A stretch of 64,000 nucleotides of DNA, taken from the NCBI GenBank assembly GCA_018000995.1, contig JAGNIU010000007.1, positions 1 through 64,000 on the forward strand, written 5' to 3'. The notes under the pieces were generated by a model that was given only the letters and a program-made list of their open reading frames with translations, ran no database searches and was not told the origin of the DNA. This stretch comes from Bacteroidia bacterium. GTDB taxonomy: Bacteria > Bacteroidota > Bacteroidia > B-17B0 > Aurantibacillaceae. The translations under genes were made by a program, and so were the position numbers. How positions within the stretch are numbered: the first letter of the stretch is position 1; every line of letters begins with the position of its first letter. Below, one piece after another: positions 60,571 to 64,000 of this stretch.

Positions 60571-60842
60571 CACGCCACTACGATATAATTGTGAAAGGTA
60601 AAGTGCAGGGCGTGGCTTTCCGTTTTTCCACACATCATAAAGCTATTAAACTGGGTTTAGTTGGCCTTGTTAAAAATATGCCAGATAGATCTGTGTTTAT
60701 TGAAGCGGAAGGCGATGAGGAAGCTATTAATAAATTGATTGAGTGGTGTTATTACGGTCCGCCTAAAGCTAAAGTTACAGAGGTAAATGCTACTGAAAGT
60801 GAAGTAAAAGGGTACAAGACCTTCGAGCTTAAACGACTTTAA
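60567..60842 (+). CDS. acylphosphatase
   Basis: 91 aa; VQGVAFRFST signature, 4-bp overlap with upstream gene. Confidence 0.85.
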   Translation: MTRHYDIIVKGKVQGVAFRFSTHHKAIKLGLVGLVKNMPDRSVFIEAEGDEEAINKLIEWCYYGPPKAKVTEVNATESEVKGYKTFELKRL

Positions 60843-60917
60843 TTATTAAACATTGCTTGTTTAATAGTTTACTATTCCCATCTAACAAACCCTTTTAAGC
60901 CTTGTAACTTTGTTACA

Positions 60918-61487
60918 ATGAACTTCGATTACTTTAACTGGATAATTTTACCGCTTCTTATTTTTGTGTCGCGTTTGGCGGATGTTTCTTTAGCAACGCT
61001 TCGTCATATTTTTGTTTCTAAAGGTTACAAAACTTTAGTTCCTGTTCTTGGTTTTTTTGAAGTATTGATTTGGTTAATCGCTATCCGTCAAATTTTTAAT
61101 AATGTAGATAATATTGCTTGTTACCTTGCCTGGGCCGGTGGTTTTAGCGCCGGAACTTATTTAGGCATGTATCTCGAGGAAAAAATGGCATTAGGTATGC
61201 AAATCATACGCGTTATCACTAATGATGATACAGATAAATTGGTGGAAGCATTTCGTAAATGTCAACAAGGGATTACGGTGGTAAACGGACAAGGTGCAAT
61301 GGGTCCGGTAAAAATAATTTTCACAGTTGTTAAACGTACTAACAAAACGGAAATTATTAAATTAATTGAAGAGCATTCTCCCAATGCTTTTTATTCTGTA
61401 GAAGAAGTAAAAAATTCGGAGCACGGGGTATTTAGAAATTCAAAAGATGTTTCTGTGCTAAAGCGGATGTTGTCTTTATCTAAATAA
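60918..61487 (+). CDS. DUF2179 (YitT C-terminal-like) membrane protein
   Basis: 189 aa; N-terminal TM helices; C-terminal DUF2179-like region. Confidence 0.55.
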   Translation: MNFDYFNWIILPLLIFVSRLADVSLATLRHIFVSKGYKTLVPVLGFFEVLIWLIAIRQIFNNVDNIACYLAWAGGFSAGTYLGMYLEEKMALGMQIIRVITNDDTDKLVEAFRKCQQGITVVNGQGAMGPVKIIFTVVKRTNKTEIIKLIEEHSPNAFYSVEEVKNSEHGVFRNSKDVSVLKRMLSLSK

Positions 61488-62462
61488 AGTTATTTGTCCT
61501 GTACGTGGTGTTTTCTTGCCCGTATTTTTCTCAACAGTTTCTATTCGGTAAATGTAAATATCATCAGGACATAAATTGCCTTTATATCTACCATCCCATT
61601 TTGCGTTAACGTTATTGGTGGTGAAAACTGTATTGTCCCAGCGGTCTTCAATAGTTAAACTGTAATAACTATAATCACAAGTTAATACCGGAAAAAAGTA
61701 ATCATTCTTTCCGTCTTCATTTGGGGTAAAGCTGTTTGGAATTAAAATTTCGCAATCGCAGGCTTTTAGTTTTACTTTAACGCTGTCGACAGTTATGCCG
61801 CAGGTTTTACTTTCGGTTTTAACCCAATAAACGCCTTCTTTATAGGGAATAATACTGTTTGAAGTGGAGCCGTTGTTCCAAACAATTTTACTTCCTGCGG
61901 CGGGTTTAATACTTAGTACTTTGCTGTCATCGCTCATACAAAAAGTTGCTTCATGACCAAAATTAGGAGTCGAGGCTTTGTAAAAGCTTACATTAGTTGT
62001 GTTGGTGATGGCGCAACCATGGTTGTTTATTTTTACAGTGTATTTTCCGGGCGTTTCAACACGAATTCTGGAAGTGGTTTCATCAGTGCTCCAAGTGTAA
62101 GTGTAGGAAGGGTTTTTTATTCCAATAAGTGCACTGCTGCTATTACAAATTAAAGTATCGGTTAATTTAAGTTTCGGTTTTTCGTAATACTTAACAAAGC
62201 AACTATCTGTGTAAACATTATTATTGCTGTTAATGCGGAGATAATATTTTCCTTCTTCACGTGCGGGTAAAACCTTGTAATTATCTTTTATTGATGTTGG
62301 TGTGCGCCAGTGATAAGAAGCTGTTTTAGCAAACGTATTGCTTTTCCCCTCTAAAAAAGCGGTATCCCCTTTACAAATACCAATGGTATCCGGTAAAAGA
62401 TTAAGTTGCGCTTTTGTTAAGAACGAGAACAGGATAAATAAATATGTAAAACCTTTTTTCAG
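61476..62462 (-). CDS. secreted protein with T9SS type-B C-terminal sorting domain; apparent non-ATG (CTG) start
   Basis: ORF track shows only last 153 aa; my translation upstream of 61937 is open to 62462 and begins L-KKGFTYLFILFSFLTKAQ (signal peptide) with no ATG; C-terminus IPNSFTPNEDGKNDYFFPV. Confidence 0.6.
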   Translation of the reverse strand: MKKGFTYLFILFSFLTKAQLNLLPDTIGICKGDTAFLEGKSNTFAKTASYHWRTPTSIKDNYKVLPAREEGKYYLRINSNNNVYTDSCFVKYYEKPKLKLTDTLICNSSSALIGIKNPSYTYTWSTDETTSRIRVETPGKYTVKINNHGCAITNTTNVSFYKASTPNFGHEATFCMSDDSKVLSIKPAAGSKIVWNNGSTSNSIIPYKEGVYWVKTESKTCGITVDSVKVKLKACDCEILIPNSFTPNEDGKNDYFFPVLTCDYSYYSLTIEDRWDNTVFTTNNVNAKWDGRYKGNLCPDDIYIYRIETVEKNTGKKTPRTGQITLFR

Positions 62463-62463
62463 T

Positions 62464-64000
62464 TTAAAGTTCTAATGTTATAGTAATGATAGTGCCGTGG
62501 TGATTTGGATTTAATACACTTTTATCTTCCATCTTCACGTGTTGTTTTTTGTTGTACATCTTTGAATTCAATTCCAAAATATTAGAAATAGTTGATGTTC
62601 CTAATGATTTATGGCTGCTCTTAGCATGTTCTTTGGCTTTTATTAAACCAATACCATCATCCTCAATAATGATTAGCAATTCGTTCTTTTTATTTTTCTT
62701 GAAACTAATTCTCAAGGTACCATGTTCGTGCTTTGGTAAAATACCGTGTATGATTGAATTTTCGGCGTGTGGCTGAATTATCATATTAGGAATAGAAATT
62801 TCATCAATATTCAACGCATCATCCACCTCAATTTTAAAGTCAAATTTATTTTTAAAACGTTCTTTCTCTAAATCCAGATAATAATTTAATCTAACAATTT
62901 CATCACGTAAGGTAATTTGGCGTTGCGCCGCTTTTTCAATAATCATTCGTATTAAGCGCGAAAACTTTGCCAAATACTCACTCGCCATTAAACTATTATT
63001 GGTATTAATATAGTTTTGTATGGAAGTTAAGGAGTTAAAAATAAAATGCGGACTCAACAAAGAGTTCATAGCCTGGTGTTTTAACAGATTAATTTGTTGT
63101 TCATCTTCAATTCGTTTCTTGGCTTTCTTTTTAACATTTTTTACCCAGAAATAACTAAGTACTATAATCAAAAATAATGCCGCAATAGTTACAAGAATAT
63201 AAAGCCAGGCAGTTTCCTTAAAGGATTCCTCTTTTTCAATATCTACTATAACCGGAGCGCTCCAGTTAATGTTATCTACTGAGGTAATGATTTGGATACT
63301 GTGTTTTCCACTTTCAACAGAGGCTAAAAGCAATTCAAAATCTGTGAAAGGTGTAAAACTACCTTTGTCTTTTTTGTATTTAAAATACTGCTTGTTTGGT
63401 TTATTAAATATCGGACTCGAGAACTTAATCGTTAGGTTATCCTGAGAGGCTTTCAGTTTTAGGAGTCCTGGTGTATAAGGAATTTCCTCCCCATCAATTT
63501 GGTAATAGGTTATCTTAACACCATCCGGTTTAAATCTGTTTTCAATTAATTCTTTAGTATTGGCAACCGAAATACCTCTGTCGGTTGCTATACAGGCTGT
63601 TTGTCCGTTAAACACTATATCGTTAATAGTATTCGATAATAAGCCGCAAGATTTGCTGTATTTGGTAATAGGGTTTAAATCCATATCACACATAAATAAA
63701 CCATTTAAAGTTGCGAGCCAAATATGATTATCGTAAGCTTTTATTTTTTTAACGGCACTCAGCTTAATTGAATTTGAACTAATAAGCAATTCAGTAATTA
63801 GTTTTTTGTCTTCGTAAATACTAAAACCACCTTCGTGGGCAATGTAAATTTTGTTGTTTATTAAACTTAGGTGGTTCACCGGAAAATTAAATGCCGTGTC
63901 ATTTAAATTCTCGTATTTATGTGTGCTTAAATCAGCAATCGTTAAACCGTTGGAATTACCAATGAATAATAAGTTCTCCTTAATTAACATGGCGTTAATT
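62464..64000 (-). CDS. sensor histidine kinase (LytS/YehU-type His_kinase domain), N-terminus beyond window end
   Basis: 508+ aa; periplasmic beta-propeller/Y_Y_Y-like region, one TM, then HQAMNSLLSPHFIFNSL His-kinase box and HATPase_c. Confidence 0.8.
   Translation of the reverse strand, partial: INAMLIKENLLFIGNSNGLTIADLSTHKYENLNDTAFNFPVNHLSLINNKIYIAHEGGFSIYEDKKLITELLISSNSIKLSAVKKIKAYDNHIWLATLNGLFMCDMDLNPITKYSKSCGLLSNTINDIVFNGQTACIATDRGISVANTKELIENRFKPDGVKITYYQIDGEEIPYTPGLLKLKASQDNLTIKFSSPIFNKPNKQYFKYKKDKGSFTPFTDFELLLASVESGKHSIQIITSVDNINWSAPVIVDIEKEESFKETAWLYILVTIAALFLIIVLSYFWVKNVKKKAKKRIEDEQQINLLKHQAMNSLLSPHFIFNSLTSIQNYINTNNSLMASEYLAKFSRLIRMIIEKAAQRQITLRDEIVRLNYYLDLEKERFKNKFDFKIEVDDALNIDEISIPNMIIQPHAENSIIHGILPKHEHGTLRISFKKNKKNELLIIIEDDGIGLIKAKEHAKSSHKSLGTSTISNILELNSKMYNKKQHVKMEDKSVLNPNHHGTIITITLEL

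Noticed and set aside
1-64000. CRISPR arrays, tRNA/rRNA genes, integrases and transposases
   Set aside because: No regularly spaced direct repeats, no GGTTCGA-type T-loops in suitable context, and no ORF with recombinase or DDE motifs was seen

Overview
This window looks like a low-GC Bacteroidetes (Flavobacteriia/Sphingobacteriia-like) chromosomal region. The taxon call rests on T9SS type-A and type-B C-terminal sorting domains, DUF2851, a split UshA-like nucleotidase, and core genes: dnaA (52457..53893, -), relA/spoT (17836..20037), rbfA, ctaA, rfbA, ugd, and a UDP-glucuronate decarboxylase. Coding density is high, at roughly 60 genes.

I saw no rRNA, tRNA, CRISPR array, integrase or transposase.

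The most interesting part is a small accessory-looking block at about 24.4-29.7 kb. It holds:
- a 319-aa prokaryotic pentameric ligand-gated ion channel (pLGIC) homolog, packed in an apparent operon with an NYN/OST-HTH protein, a DHCW cupin and a Cys-rich lipoprotein;
- next to it, a single-gene ABC-ATPase + TOPRIM (OLD/DUF4435-like) candidate defence nuclease, bounded by a GC-rich inverted repeat.

The window also carries at least two families of GC-rich palindromic intergenic repeats that stand out against the AT-rich background:
- a 15-17 nt core GCTGAGCTTGTCGAAGC, present in about 9 copies; two are full ~63-bp palindromic units, and one sits exactly where a TPR-TM-SpoIIE-type gene is truncated;
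- large nested palindromes built from C5-6TT..AAG5-6 hairpins at 23213..23396 and 33111..33233.

Other notable features:
- tandem paralogous DUF + TlpA-like thioredoxin genes;
- two T9SS type-B CTD proteins, one with no ATG start;
- an ABC ATPase with no canonical start;
- tandem 43-bp palindromes in the msbA-like/rbfA divergent promoter;
- a DegT-ugd-UXS nucleotide-sugar cluster interrupted by a four-helix-bundle gene.
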